From Candidatus Hermodarchaeota archaeon (GTDB taxonomy: Archaea > Asgardarchaeota > Hermodarchaeia > Hermodarchaeales > Hermodarchaeaceae), in contig JAEOUH010000044.1 in assembly GCA_016839365.1 (NCBI GenBank), positions 1 to 64,000 of the forward strand: a DNA stretch of 64,000 nucleotides, read 5' to 3'. The notes below the pieces were generated by a model. The model was given only the letters and a program-made list of their open reading frames with translations, had not been told where the DNA came from and ran no database searches. Below, in pieces: positions 28,198 to 38,105 of this stretch. The position numbers and the translations under genes were made by a program. Each line of letters begins with the position of its first letter. The first letter of the stretch is position 1.

Positions 28198-28965
28198 TTA
28201 TCGAAATAGTTCAAAGCCTTCTCCACCAGTTAAAATATTCGAAATATGGGAGAATAACAGGTCAAGATTTTCCATATTCAAAGCAGACAAAGGAACCAAA
28301 TCGAGACCTGAAAAAATTGTTTGGATAGTAGTAACCAGTTCACTTGATAGTTCGATTTGTAACTCGTTGCGTGTTTGTTGGAGATCATAGATTAGTTGAT
28401 CACTATCATTGAGCCATTCAGTCAATCGTTCACTATCGCCTTTATCCAGTAGATCTGTTCGAGATAGTACATTGAGTTGAGGGAGATGAAATCGAACCAG
28501 TACTGATGCAGCGAGCAGAAGAGAGGAAATGAGCCCTGCTGGTGTTTTTGCTAATGCGGCATCTACTAAGTAGATGAGCATTCGACTTTCTTTAGCTAGA
28601 CTTGAGACAATTATTGGTCCGGTTTCACGGAATGCAAACAACTCGATTTGTCCTGGTGTATCAAAGAGTAGAAAATCAACACCTAGGTCCCTGATTTCCT
28701 CTTGTAGTGTCTCTAAATGAGAACTTATGAGATCAATCGCTGCAATTAATCCTCCATTGGGCCCTAAATTGTATTTTTCCATAACTCCTTGGAGTGAGAT
28801 AAAGTCACGAACATCGATGTCAGGGCCATATGGAAGGTGTAACACGCCAGGATCCAGATTAACAATACCAACGCTTAATTTAGCATCGCGTAACCATTGT
28901 GCAAGGCTATTCGTAAGCGTTGATTTCCCAGAACCTGCAGTTCCGACGAAGTAAAGCGCGTGCAA
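28198..28965 (-). CDS. GPN-loop GTPase
   Basis: GTAGSGKS, NLDPG, LGPNGG, DTPGQIELF. Confidence 0.93.
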   Translation of the reverse strand: MHALYFVGTAGSGKSTLTNSLAQWLRDAKLSVGIVNLDPGVLHLPYGPDIDVRDFISLQGVMEKYNLGPNGGLIAAIDLISSHLETLQEEIRDLGVDFLLFDTPGQIELFAFRETGPIIVSSLAKESRMLIYLVDAALAKTPAGLISSLLLAASVLVRFHLPQLNVLSRTDLLDKGDSERLTEWLNDSDQLIYDLQQTRNELQIELSSELVTTIQTIFSGLDLVPLSALNMENLDLLFSHISNILTGGEGFELFR

Positions 28966-28973
28966 CTATCCGA

Positions 28974-29720
28974 TTACACCTCTGGTTTGAAACTGCGAAG
29001 TCTGCGGATAAGATTCTCAGTTTCCTTGAAGAGAGATAGATACAGGGGTATTTTTTCAACCTTGGCAATCTTGCTGGCTACTGGGTCTACTTTTCTCGGT
29101 CCCTGTAGAATCACAATCGATGGGCGTACTGCTGAACCTAGTCCCATTTGAGATGTACGAATAGCGACCATGGGTGACCGCCCTGTACTTACACGGGTAA
29201 AAATAGCGGCGCGATTTGGTGTTGCTCCATAGAGTTTGACCATTTGGTCTGGTGTAAGCTGAAGAATCGCCCGAAGACTATCAATCGTGGTATATCCGAA
29301 GATTTCACGATCCTGAATCGTATCCGGTACAATCGTTTTACATTCAAGGTGATCAATGAGTAGTTGCGCAGGAATTGCAGCGGGAAATTCACGAATGTCA
29401 AGAAGAATCTCAGAGGGTATTTCTTGTCCAAGGAGCCGAACGAAAGCACTGACGATTTGACCACCACGGCTTTCGTCAATCGCGATGAGGCTTTCAGCGA
29501 ATTTTCTAATTGTTTCAACCCGTGGTGATTTTCGTCTCCCGCTCTCATAATCGCTTATTACAGAGGGAGAAATACTAAGATGTGAAGCTAGTTCATGTTG
29601 AGCTATGTTAAATTGCTCACGCCATTTCTTCATAATTCGACCGGGGTTCTCAGCCAAAGTGATTTCCCCAGCGATATTACGAAGCAGGTTCTCATTTGCG
29701 CTTTGATTCATTATATCCAT
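28974..29720 (-). CDS. XRE-HTH transcriptional regulator (COG1709-like)
   Basis: IAGEITL, KKWRE.F, SPSVISDYESGRRKSP, VSTGRSPMVAIR. Confidence 0.88.
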   Translation of the reverse strand: MDIMNQSANENLLRNIAGEITLAENPGRIMKKWREQFNIAQHELASHLSISPSVISDYESGRRKSPRVETIRKFAESLIAIDESRGGQIVSAFVRLLGQEIPSEILLDIREFPAAIPAQLLIDHLECKTIVPDTIQDREIFGYTTIDSLRAILQLTPDQMVKLYGATPNRAAIFTRVSTGRSPMVAIRTSQMGLGSAVRPSIVILQGPRKVDPVASKIAKVEKIPLYLSLFKETENLIRRLRSFKPEV

Positions 29721-29816
29721 AGAAATACGTCTCGCCTTAAAGCATCTTTGATGGCTCCTACGATTTTAAATAGATTGAAGGACAACACGCGAAGCGATTG
29801 ATTCAGGTGATCAAGC

Positions 29817-30605
29817 ATGCTGCAGTCATTCCCCACTTCTGTTGATCTAATAGTATTAGCAATCGCCTATGTCTGGGTGATCTCGGTTTTAGTCATCGGA
29901 GAAGGGTTGCGGCGATTGGGTAACTATCCACCAGCGATGACGCGGAAGTTTATCCACTTATTCGCTGGGTTCTCAGTGTTTACGGTTCCGTTCTATACCA
30001 ATTCTTGGGCGGCAATTATTGTAGCTGTTTCCTTTTTAGTTCTCATTTTTCTTGCATCACCAAAAAGTCCAGTGAAAAGTCTGAGGAATATGTTTGAAGT
30101 TATGGCGCGTGAGGAAGATTATCTCTCGGGTCATATTTGGGGCCCGTTTCTTTACGCCATCTCGATTACGATACTTGTATCGATCTTCACGTTACTCCCC
30201 ACTTTGACTCCCTTCTTCGTACTTGCGGCAATGGCTCTAACCGCCATGTATCTTGGAGATGGTATTGCACCGCTTGTCGGTGCAAAATATGGGAAGCACA
30301 AATATACAATTAGTAAATGCACAAGAAGTGTTGAAGGGTCACTTGCAGTATTTTTTGCATCCTTTCTTGGTGCATGGATCTGCTGGGCTTTCCTGGATAT
30401 CTTTGCTACGGGTGGTTTACAAATTTTTAGTATCATCCAGGTAGCGTTTCTTAGTTTGGTTTGTGCATCGTTTGCTACAGTGATTGAAGGTGTCAGCCCC
30501 AAAGGGATTGATAATCTCACTGTTCCGCTTCTGACGGCTCTGATACTGTTCATTACTGCATTAATCATTTATCCTCCTATGCTCTCGATGATCTTCATTC
30601 CTTAA
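29817..30605 (+). CDS. Polyprenol/phytol kinase family membrane protein
   Basis: TRKFIH, GDGIAPLVG..YGKH, RSVEGS, IDNLTVP; multiple TM helices. Confidence 0.87.
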   Translation: MLQSFPTSVDLIVLAIAYVWVISVLVIGEGLRRLGNYPPAMTRKFIHLFAGFSVFTVPFYTNSWAAIIVAVSFLVLIFLASPKSPVKSLRNMFEVMAREEDYLSGHIWGPFLYAISITILVSIFTLLPTLTPFFVLAAMALTAMYLGDGIAPLVGAKYGKHKYTISKCTRSVEGSLAVFFASFLGAWICWAFLDIFATGGLQIFSIIQVAFLSLVCASFATVIEGVSPKGIDNLTVPLLTALILFITALIIYPPMLSMIFIP

Positions 30606-30609
30606 TGCA

Positions 30610-31176
30610 TCATTCTTCTATGACCAGTGCAACTAATTCTGAGGTATAATCTCTAGCTCGCTGCATGGAAGCTTGGAAAGGGTCAGCCACCCCGTATCGT
30701 TTAGTAAGTTTCGCAAACCGATCATCTACTTTGGACAACCACTTCTCTGGGTATTCAATTCCATCCCATTCAAATGCACCTAATTTATCTGCGACGCACA
30801 CAATCTTTTCTTCCCAAGACTGAGGGAGAAAATCACGTTTTGGAAGCCCAAGGGATTCTGCTTCAAGTGCTCGAAATCCTCCCAGAACGTGTCTTTCTAC
30901 GATTAACACAATGCTGTTCGGATATCCATGTTCAATCAAAATTTGCCCTCCAATGCAGCCATGAGTAACATCGTGAACATGCGCACGACCGATATCATGA
31001 AGCAGTGCACCTAGTTCGAGCAACTGATGATTAACAGGGATTTTCGAAGTAACTTGGCTAGCAATCCGAAGAGCCTTGTGTCGAGTGGCCTGACAGTGTT
31101 TCAATACCTGAGAATCGGTGACTAGTCTATCCAAAAGATTCTGGGCGTCCTCCAGAGAGGGTAAACTGATCGACAT
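30610..31176 (-). CDS. HD/HDIG-domain metal-dependent phosphohydrolase
   Basis: H...LLHDIGR..H...G, VERH, EEKIVCVAD. Confidence 0.88.
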   Translation of the reverse strand: MSISLPSLEDAQNLLDRLVTDSQVLKHCQATRHKALRIASQVTSKIPVNHQLLELGALLHDIGRAHVHDVTHGCIGGQILIEHGYPNSIVLIVERHVLGGFRALEAESLGLPKRDFLPQSWEEKIVCVADKLGAFEWDGIEYPEKWLSKVDDRFAKLTKRYGVADPFQASMQRARDYTSELVALVIEE

Positions 31177-31258
31177 ATGTTGCGTTTTTAGTGTTTTACC
31201 AGACTTTAATTTTAGACTATAACTATTCTAAGTCAACAGAATTACGCGAGGACTGAAC

Positions 31259-32431
31259 ATGAAAGCGATCCGGGAGCTTTGGGTATTAGATGAGGAGATT
31301 CAGAAAATTGCAGAGCAAATTAATACTCTCGAAGAGAAACGAAACGCATTTGCTTCTATACTTCAAGCAAACCGCCATAGCTTGAATTTGCATGATAACC
31401 TCCCGTTAGCAAAAAAGTATCTGGTGGATAACCAGCTAGCCCGACAAGTTAAGCCCACGGGATTACAGGGGCTTCGGGTTGGCGGAGTTGATGGGGGGTT
31501 GCTCAAGAAAACCTTACGAGGAATCGAATTGGTGATTACTCGGGCATGCGCTACAATCTTTGAATATACGCCATCAAATCGGGTATCAGTGACATATTTT
31601 CCAGAAAAATCGATAGCACCCAAGATCAAAGCGGAATTGAACCCCATCTCTTGGCGAGAAGCTGATGTCAGTGCATCCCTTGAACGAGTTAAAGCCGAAC
31701 TTGAGCTGGCAATCCGAGTCCAGGACCATCATCCTGTGGAGCTGCTTCTTTTAGATGGCTCATTACGACCCCATATAAGTGATCGCCCAGCCAGTAATTC
31801 GTCGTTTTCTCCAAAATATAAACAAATCAAGCAGTTGTACGAGACCCTCTTTGAAAAAACTCAAGAAACTGGGACCCTGCTTGCCGGTGTTGTTAAAGAT
31901 AGTCGTAGTCAGCGATTTGTTAGAATCTTGGGTGAAATCTTGCCACACTTGATCTCTCGATACCCCGTGCTGAAACCACTCTTACAGATGGATTATCGAT
32001 CCATCCTACAAACGTGTTATGATTCTGATTTGTTTTTCAGAATTCTCAATGTAGGAGAGCGCTCACCAATTCTGCAACTCAATGAAGTAAACAAAGACCA
32101 AACATCAGAACCACTAACTAAGAGTTTTCAAGATAACAAGAACCTCGTCTGCATCTATCTTCGAACGGCGAAATTCGACTACCCTTTACGAATTGAGGTC
32201 TTCTCTGGATCCCATGACTCAGTTCGAGTCGTTGAAAAAGTAAGTGCAATGTTGTTGCCAATGTCTTCGGATAATGAGGGTTTTGCGCTCCCTACTGTTC
32301 TCATTGATGCTGATTCGCAAGCCCGATTAATTGAGAGGGATCTTGATTTTCTGTTCTCACAGCTAGCAAATCGGATTGGATATCCTGAGAGTATGTTGAA
32401 ACTTAGACGAGAGAGGATGCCATTTCATTAG
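31259..32431 (+). CDS. nurA: DSB-resection nuclease NurA
   Basis: GVDGG, LLLLDGSL, GVVKDS, PLRIE; upstream of herA. Confidence 0.85.
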   Translation: MKAIRELWVLDEEIQKIAEQINTLEEKRNAFASILQANRHSLNLHDNLPLAKKYLVDNQLARQVKPTGLQGLRVGGVDGGLLKKTLRGIELVITRACATIFEYTPSNRVSVTYFPEKSIAPKIKAELNPISWREADVSASLERVKAELELAIRVQDHHPVELLLLDGSLRPHISDRPASNSSFSPKYKQIKQLYETLFEKTQETGTLLAGVVKDSRSQRFVRILGEILPHLISRYPVLKPLLQMDYRSILQTCYDSDLFFRILNVGERSPILQLNEVNKDQTSEPLTKSFQDNKNLVCIYLRTAKFDYPLRIEVFSGSHDSVRVVEKVSAMLLPMSSDNEGFALPTVLIDADSQARLIERDLDFLFSQLANRIGYPESMLKLRRERMPFH

Positions 32432-32451
32432 AATAAAAGGAGTTGAAATGA

Positions 32452-33981
32452 ATGAACGCTGAACCGCTTGGAACAATTGTGTGTACTGAAGACGGGCCGT
32501 CAACAGAACAAATCTCATTTGTGGTAGGCAATCGTAATGCTTCAACCACCACGGTGGGACAGATTCCTGTTCATGTAGGACAGTATGTGTCTGTTGAAAC
32601 CGAAGAAGGATTGGTTATGGCTCACGTCGAACAAGTGTACAAAACCAATCGATACTTCTCCCAAGTTGATGCTGTGCATGAGTTTACAAGATCGGGTAAA
32701 CCATTTGGAGCAATTTTCCCCATTGATCGGTGGGAATACATCCTAGCCAAAGCAAAACCTCTAGGAATTTTCGAACAGGATCGGATTCAACGAATTACCT
32801 ATCCACCCTCGCCGGGGGCTATTGTTTCTTCACCTGATCCTAACATACTCTCCCAATTCCTAGGATTCTCGAAAGATGGAATTCACCTTGGACATCTATT
32901 GTTCCATCGTATCCCGGCAACTTTTGATTTGACTAAGATGTTTCAAAAACATGTGGCGTTATTGGCGATGAGTGGTGCAGGAAAGAGTTACGCGGCATCG
33001 GTTATGATAGAGGAGCTTTTGGCACGTAAGACAGCTCAGGGACGACCCGCCATTCTCATCATTGATGTTCATGGTGAATACGGGGGATTAGCTGAAGCCC
33101 AGGAGATCAAAGGAGCAAAGGTTGCAGATCAGTTATCCGTTATTCGAAGTCCTCTTGTTGAGATAGCGACACCGTATATGAACGCAAAATCCTTTGCAGC
33201 CTATTCTCCCGACATGGGAACCATCCAAGTTCGAGAACTTTCAAGGATTATTCGGACATTGCGGAGTGTGCGCAAAGGTCAGCCTTATGATCTGGGGGAT
33301 TTGATTACAGCCCTGGAAAAGGATCCATCAATTAATACTAGAACACGAGAAGCGCTCCTTGGATGGCTCGACAACCTCCAAAGTTACAACCTGTTTGGTA
33401 AGACATCAACGCCAGAATGGCAGAAGCTAATGAAACCGGGTCATGGAGTCATTCTGGATATGAGTGAAACAGTAAGCCTCCAAAAGAAACAGATTATTGT
33501 TGATGCTGTTCTTCGCCATCTATTCAACTTAAGGCGTGATGGAACAATTCCCCCCACAGTAGTGTTCCTCGAGGAAAGTCACCAATTCTGCCCCGAAGCA
33601 CGCCGAGCTTTAGCCTTTTCTAAGGGAATCGTTGAAACCATAGCGCGAGAGGGGCGGAAATATAATCTTTCTTTGTGCATTATTTCCCAACGGCCTGTTC
33701 GACTCTCAACCACAGTCCTTTCACAGTGCGGAACCAATATTTTTCTTCGAATTTCTAATCCCTATGATCTCGACCATATCCGTGCCACATCAGAAAAAAT
33801 CACAAAGGCAACCCTCACATCGATATCGAGCCTCAGCGTGGGAGAAGCCCTCGTGGTTGGTCAAGCAACCCGTTTTCCAGTATTCATACAGGTGCGTAAA
33901 AGAACAACAAAAGAGACGGCGTTTCACGAGGACTTCGAAACTGTGGCAAAGAAATTTGAAAAGAAAGAAAAGGCAAAATAG
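32452..33981 (+). CDS. herA: HerA helicase/translocase
   Basis: HAS barrel, HVALLAMSGAGKS, IDVHGEY, EESH, IAREGRK, SQRP. Confidence 0.92.
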   Translation: MNAEPLGTIVCTEDGPSTEQISFVVGNRNASTTTVGQIPVHVGQYVSVETEEGLVMAHVEQVYKTNRYFSQVDAVHEFTRSGKPFGAIFPIDRWEYILAKAKPLGIFEQDRIQRITYPPSPGAIVSSPDPNILSQFLGFSKDGIHLGHLLFHRIPATFDLTKMFQKHVALLAMSGAGKSYAASVMIEELLARKTAQGRPAILIIDVHGEYGGLAEAQEIKGAKVADQLSVIRSPLVEIATPYMNAKSFAAYSPDMGTIQVRELSRIIRTLRSVRKGQPYDLGDLITALEKDPSINTRTREALLGWLDNLQSYNLFGKTSTPEWQKLMKPGHGVILDMSETVSLQKKQIIVDAVLRHLFNLRRDGTIPPTVVFLEESHQFCPEARRALAFSKGIVETIAREGRKYNLSLCIISQRPVRLSTTVLSQCGTNIFLRISNPYDLDHIRATSEKITKATLTSISSLSVGEALVVGQATRFPVFIQVRKRTTKETAFHEDFETVAKKFEKKEKAK

Positions 33982-33984
33982 GAG

Positions 33985-34130
33985 TGGTGGGCACGGCGGG
34001 ATTCAAACCCGCGACCTCCGGCTAACCTAGGCTTCGCAAACGAATGTTCGGAGCGACTCCATATAAGGCATACACACCCCATGCAAAGTGCACGGCGGTT
34101 CGGCGCTCCATCAGGCTAAGCCACGTGCCC
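33985..34130 (-). tRNA. tRNA-Ile(UAU) with two introns (29/30: 34070-34100; 37/38: 34024-34061) and encoded CCA
   Basis: Acceptor GGGCACG/CGTGCCC-A-CCA, D arm, T arm GCGGG-TTTGAAT-CCCGC. After removing both introns the anticodon arm is CCGGC-CT-TAT-AA-GCCGG (77-nt mature tRNA). Both introns form BHB-type motifs. Confidence 0.88.
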
Positions 34131-34177
34131 TTGTGAAATCTGTGATGTTTTTCCGTAGCTTAAATGTGTTGGCACAC

Positions 34178-37150
34178 CTACTTCTTTTTCGCCAAGAAGG
34201 CAAAGCTGATTTTTTCCTTAGCGAATTTGAGTTTATCTTTGGCGGTCCATTCAAGAGCGGGAAGTTCTTCACTGATATTCAGCTGAGAAGCCCCAACCTT
34301 CGTTGAGATAGCATCCGCTGTATCCTTAATTGCTTGCCTCAGATCATTTGAAGTTGTTGCCACAAACAATTCGATACGTTGTGTAACATGAAGACCTGCT
34401 TTTTTGCGAGTTGCTTGAATTTGTCTAATTACATCTCGAGAAAGACGTTCCGCACGGAGTTCAGGGGTTTCTGAAATGTCGAGGTATACTGTAGCAAAGG
34501 GGAGCTCCATCTCTTTCAAATCGCCACCCTTAGCTTGCTTAAGGATTTGAACAGTTTTTACATTTGTTTGGCTGGCAACCACGTTGCTGAAGTGGTCCAG
34601 TTGGAATTCTTTCGTTGAAGGGACAATTACTAGGCGTTGACAGGGCCATCGAAGTTTGAGTCCCACTTGTTGCCGAATATGCTGTACTGTATCAACAATT
34701 TCAGACACCCACTCCATTTCTTGACTCAATTCAGAATCAATCAGATTCAACTCTGGAGATGGCCAAGATAGCATGTGGACACTAATGGGGGCATCTGTTT
34801 CAACAGACCGGACCAAGGCTTGATACATTTTTTCTGTTAGGAATGGGAGGACAGGGGCTAGAACTGCTAGAAGAGTCCGCAATACTTGATATAGGGTGTT
34901 GAAAGCCGCAGTTTTCGTTTCGTCCTGAGAACTCACCCAGGTTCGAGAACGAACGAGTTTGATATACCATCGACTGAGATCCCTTACTACGAAGTCTTCC
35001 ATTAACCGAGGGACATACGGTAATTCGTATTCATCTAGTCGCTCAGTGACTTGTTTGATAAGCAGGTGCAACTGAGAAAGAATCCAACGATCCTCATCCT
35101 GAAGCTGACTCAGTTTAAATTCATGTAATTTTGGATCGTAATTTGCGGCTTTCATGAACGTTGTGGCAAAAACGTAGACATTCCACAGTATCGAAATGCT
35201 GCGTCGGGTATCCTCAACATCCTTCCAGATGAAGCGCATATCTTCGCCGGGTCCAGTACTTTTGATACTATAAATTCGGAGCGTGTCTGCCCCAACTTTC
35301 TCAACAATTTCTTCGGGAAGTACACCCACGCCCTTTGATTTAGACATGGGTCGACCTTGTTCGTCAGTGGTGAATCCGTGCATATACACGTTCCTATAAG
35401 GTTCCCTGTCTGCCACCAACATGGTCGAGTTGAAGAGTGTATTGAACCAATTGCTAATCTGATCTTTTCCTTCGATGACAAACTCGGCAGTTTCCCAATT
35501 ATCAAAGTCCATGGTCCCGAAGGTTGCCCATCGTGTTGCCCAGGGTGCTACTCCACTGTCTAACCATACATCGAGAACATCATCTACCCGAGACATAGTA
35601 CCATTACATTTAGTGCAACCCCATGTGGCTTCGTCGACCCATGGGCGATGAAGATTCTCTAGTTTCTTACCACTTTTTTCGGTTAATTCGTCTGCACTGC
35701 CAATCACTTCTATATGGTTGCACTTGTCACAGTTCCAGATGGGTAGAGGGGCACCCCAGTATCGTTGGCGGGAGATACACCAGTCACGGAGATTTTGTAC
35801 CCAGTTTCGGAACCATGTGTGACCTGCCCAGTCGGGAATCCATCGGATATCCTCATTTCTCTTGATGATTTCGTGTCGAAGATCGCTAACTCGGAGGAAC
35901 CATTGATCTGTGGCTAGATAGATTAGGGGGTTACCACATCGCCAGCAGTGGGCGTATTCGTGCTCAATGGTATCTTGATGGATGAGTAAGCCCTTCTTTC
36001 GCAAATCCATGAGAATTACTTCACTGGCATTTTGAACCTTCATTCGAGCATATTTTCCACCCTCTTCAGAAAATGTGCCAGAAAGTGTAACTGGGCAAAA
36101 TATGGGGATTCCTTCCCGCTCCCCTACTTCAAAATCTTGTGGACCATGCCCAGGGGCCATGTGAACGAGGCCGGTTCCTTGTTCAAGTGTTACATATTCT
36201 TCACTCGGCACTATCGAATGAACTTTTGTGGATTCTTGGTGGAATTTCGCTTGACGAGGAACCTCATCCACTAGAGGATGTTCATACCGGAGACCGACAA
36301 GATCTGAACCTTTTACTTCTTCAATAACCGTGTACGGCTTGTCTAAGAGTCCTTGGAGAATAATATTCGCAAGTCCCTTTGCGAGTATCCATACTTCCTT
36401 GTCAACTTGAACTCGGACATATTGGAATTCAGGATGCACCATCACCGCCATATTGGCAGGTAACGTCCAAGGTGTTGTAGTCCAAATGACGATAAACTCG
36501 TGTAATCGATCAATGACTGGAAACTTGACCCAAATTGAATAGTCTTCAATTGTGCGGTACTCGTGTTCACGTTTTGCGATGGCTGTTTCACACCGAACAC
36601 AACAATCAATCGAACGGAGCCCCCGGTACAAGAATCCGCGGTCATGGGCTTTTTTCATCAGATACCACGTGCCTTCAATGTAGGGATTATCTAATGTTCG
36701 GTAGGGGCGATTCCAATCCATCCAGACACCTAACCGCTTAAATTGCTCTGTCATAGTATCTAAATTCGAGAGAGCAAATTCTTGGCATCTTTGAGTGAAT
36801 TTGTCTACCCCGATTGTTTTTTCAATATCCAGTTTCGATTTGATGCCTAGTTCTTTCTCAACACGCACTTCAATGGGTAATCCATGCATGTCAAACCCTG
36901 GAGTATCGATCACACGGAACCCTCGCATCCGCTGATACCGCAGAACCAGATCCTTCATTATCTTGTTCCAAGCAGTTCCAAGATGAATAGCACCGGTCGT
37001 ATAGGGGGGGCCATCCAGGAATTGGAATACTGGGCGATCCTTAAGCATCTCCTTGACTAGGTCATACACTTGGTGTTTCTACCAAAACTCCAGTATCTCC
37101 TGTTCTAATGAGAGAAAATCAAATTTCTTTGGAAGCTCTGAAACTGGCAT
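34178..37150 (-). CDS. ileS: Isoleucine--tRNA ligase; in-frame TAG at codon 24 (37079-37081)
   Basis: DGPPY, HLGT (HIGH), WTTTPWTLP, GTGLVH, DWCISRQRYWG, PMSKS. N-terminal MPVSELPKKFDFLSLEQEILEFW lies in frame upstream of the TAG. Confidence 0.95.
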
Positions 37151-37589
37151 TTATGTTGTTGCTCCATTAATTCCTAGCGTGACCCTACCATTCTTCAACC
37201 GAATAAAAAGTCTTGGGCAATAATAATGAACTAGTCAATTCAACTGATTGAATGAGGGGTCGAAATGGGAAACTTCATTCTAGATTGAAAATTAAGTGAA
37301 TTATTCTTCGATGAAGCTGTTAAGCCGATTCTCGCTAAGCATTATCCTTTACTCGACTATTCTGCCGGTTTGTAGCCCAGGCTCAGAAGTATTAGGTTTC
37401 GACACTTTGATGTCAAAAGATCATGTAACTGTATGTTACGGATTGTAAAATTAGAAACATTATATCAATGACACTTCATCCTCTAACAAATATTCAATAA
37501 AAAACAGTCGAGACTAAAATTGAACGAAAGCTCTATATGGCTACAAACGTAAGTCAGACAAACCGAGCCCTCGCTAGGAGCAAGGCTAC

Positions 37590-38105
37590 ATGAGTGTACA
37601 ACAACGACAATACGTACTCAAAGTGTGTGTCGTAGGTGATGGAGCTGTAGGCAAAACCAGCCTCATCATCCGCTATACCGAGGGACATTTTCGAGAGTCC
37701 TACATAATGACTGTTGGTACGTCTTTTGCAGTGAAAGAGTTGGATTTCGGAGATACATTGGTGCGCTTACAGTTGTGGGACTTAGCTGGACAGCCACACT
37801 TCAGTTCTGTTCGTCCCGTTTTTTACCGTGGCGCTGCTGGTATTATTTTAGTTTTTGATAGCTCTCGTCGTCAGACATTTGATAATATACCACAGTGGTA
37901 TACAGAGGTGTCACAGGTAACGGGTGTTGTTCCGACAGTGTTGATAGCAAATAAGGTGGATTTAGTGGATCAACGTCAAACTTCAACCGAGGAGTCTATG
38001 GAATACGCAAAACAATTGGGATGGGGGTATTTTGAGACCAGCGCCAAAGAAGGGCAAGGTGTGACAGAAGCCTTTCGACAAATCGCTTGGTCGTGTATCA
38101 ACTAG
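37590..38105 (+). CDS. Rab-like small GTPase
   Basis: GDGAVGKTS, YIMTVG, WDLAGQ, FYRGA, NKVD, ETSAK. Confidence 0.94.
   Translation: MSVQQRQYVLKVCVVGDGAVGKTSLIIRYTEGHFRESYIMTVGTSFAVKELDFGDTLVRLQLWDLAGQPHFSSVRPVFYRGAAGIILVFDSSRRQTFDNIPQWYTEVSQVTGVVPTVLIANKVDLVDQRQTSTEESMEYAKQLGWGYFETSAKEGQGVTEAFRQIAWSCIN

Noticed and set aside
33985-34130. tRNA-Met/Ile(CAU) or a single long intron
   Set aside because: The CAT at 34081-34083 lies inside the intron-1 hairpin. Only the two-intron parse restores a 5-bp anticodon stem with BHB motifs at both introns.
33764-34306. ORFs 33764-34030 and 34088-34306
   Set aside because: They overlap herA, the tRNA and ileS and are spurious.
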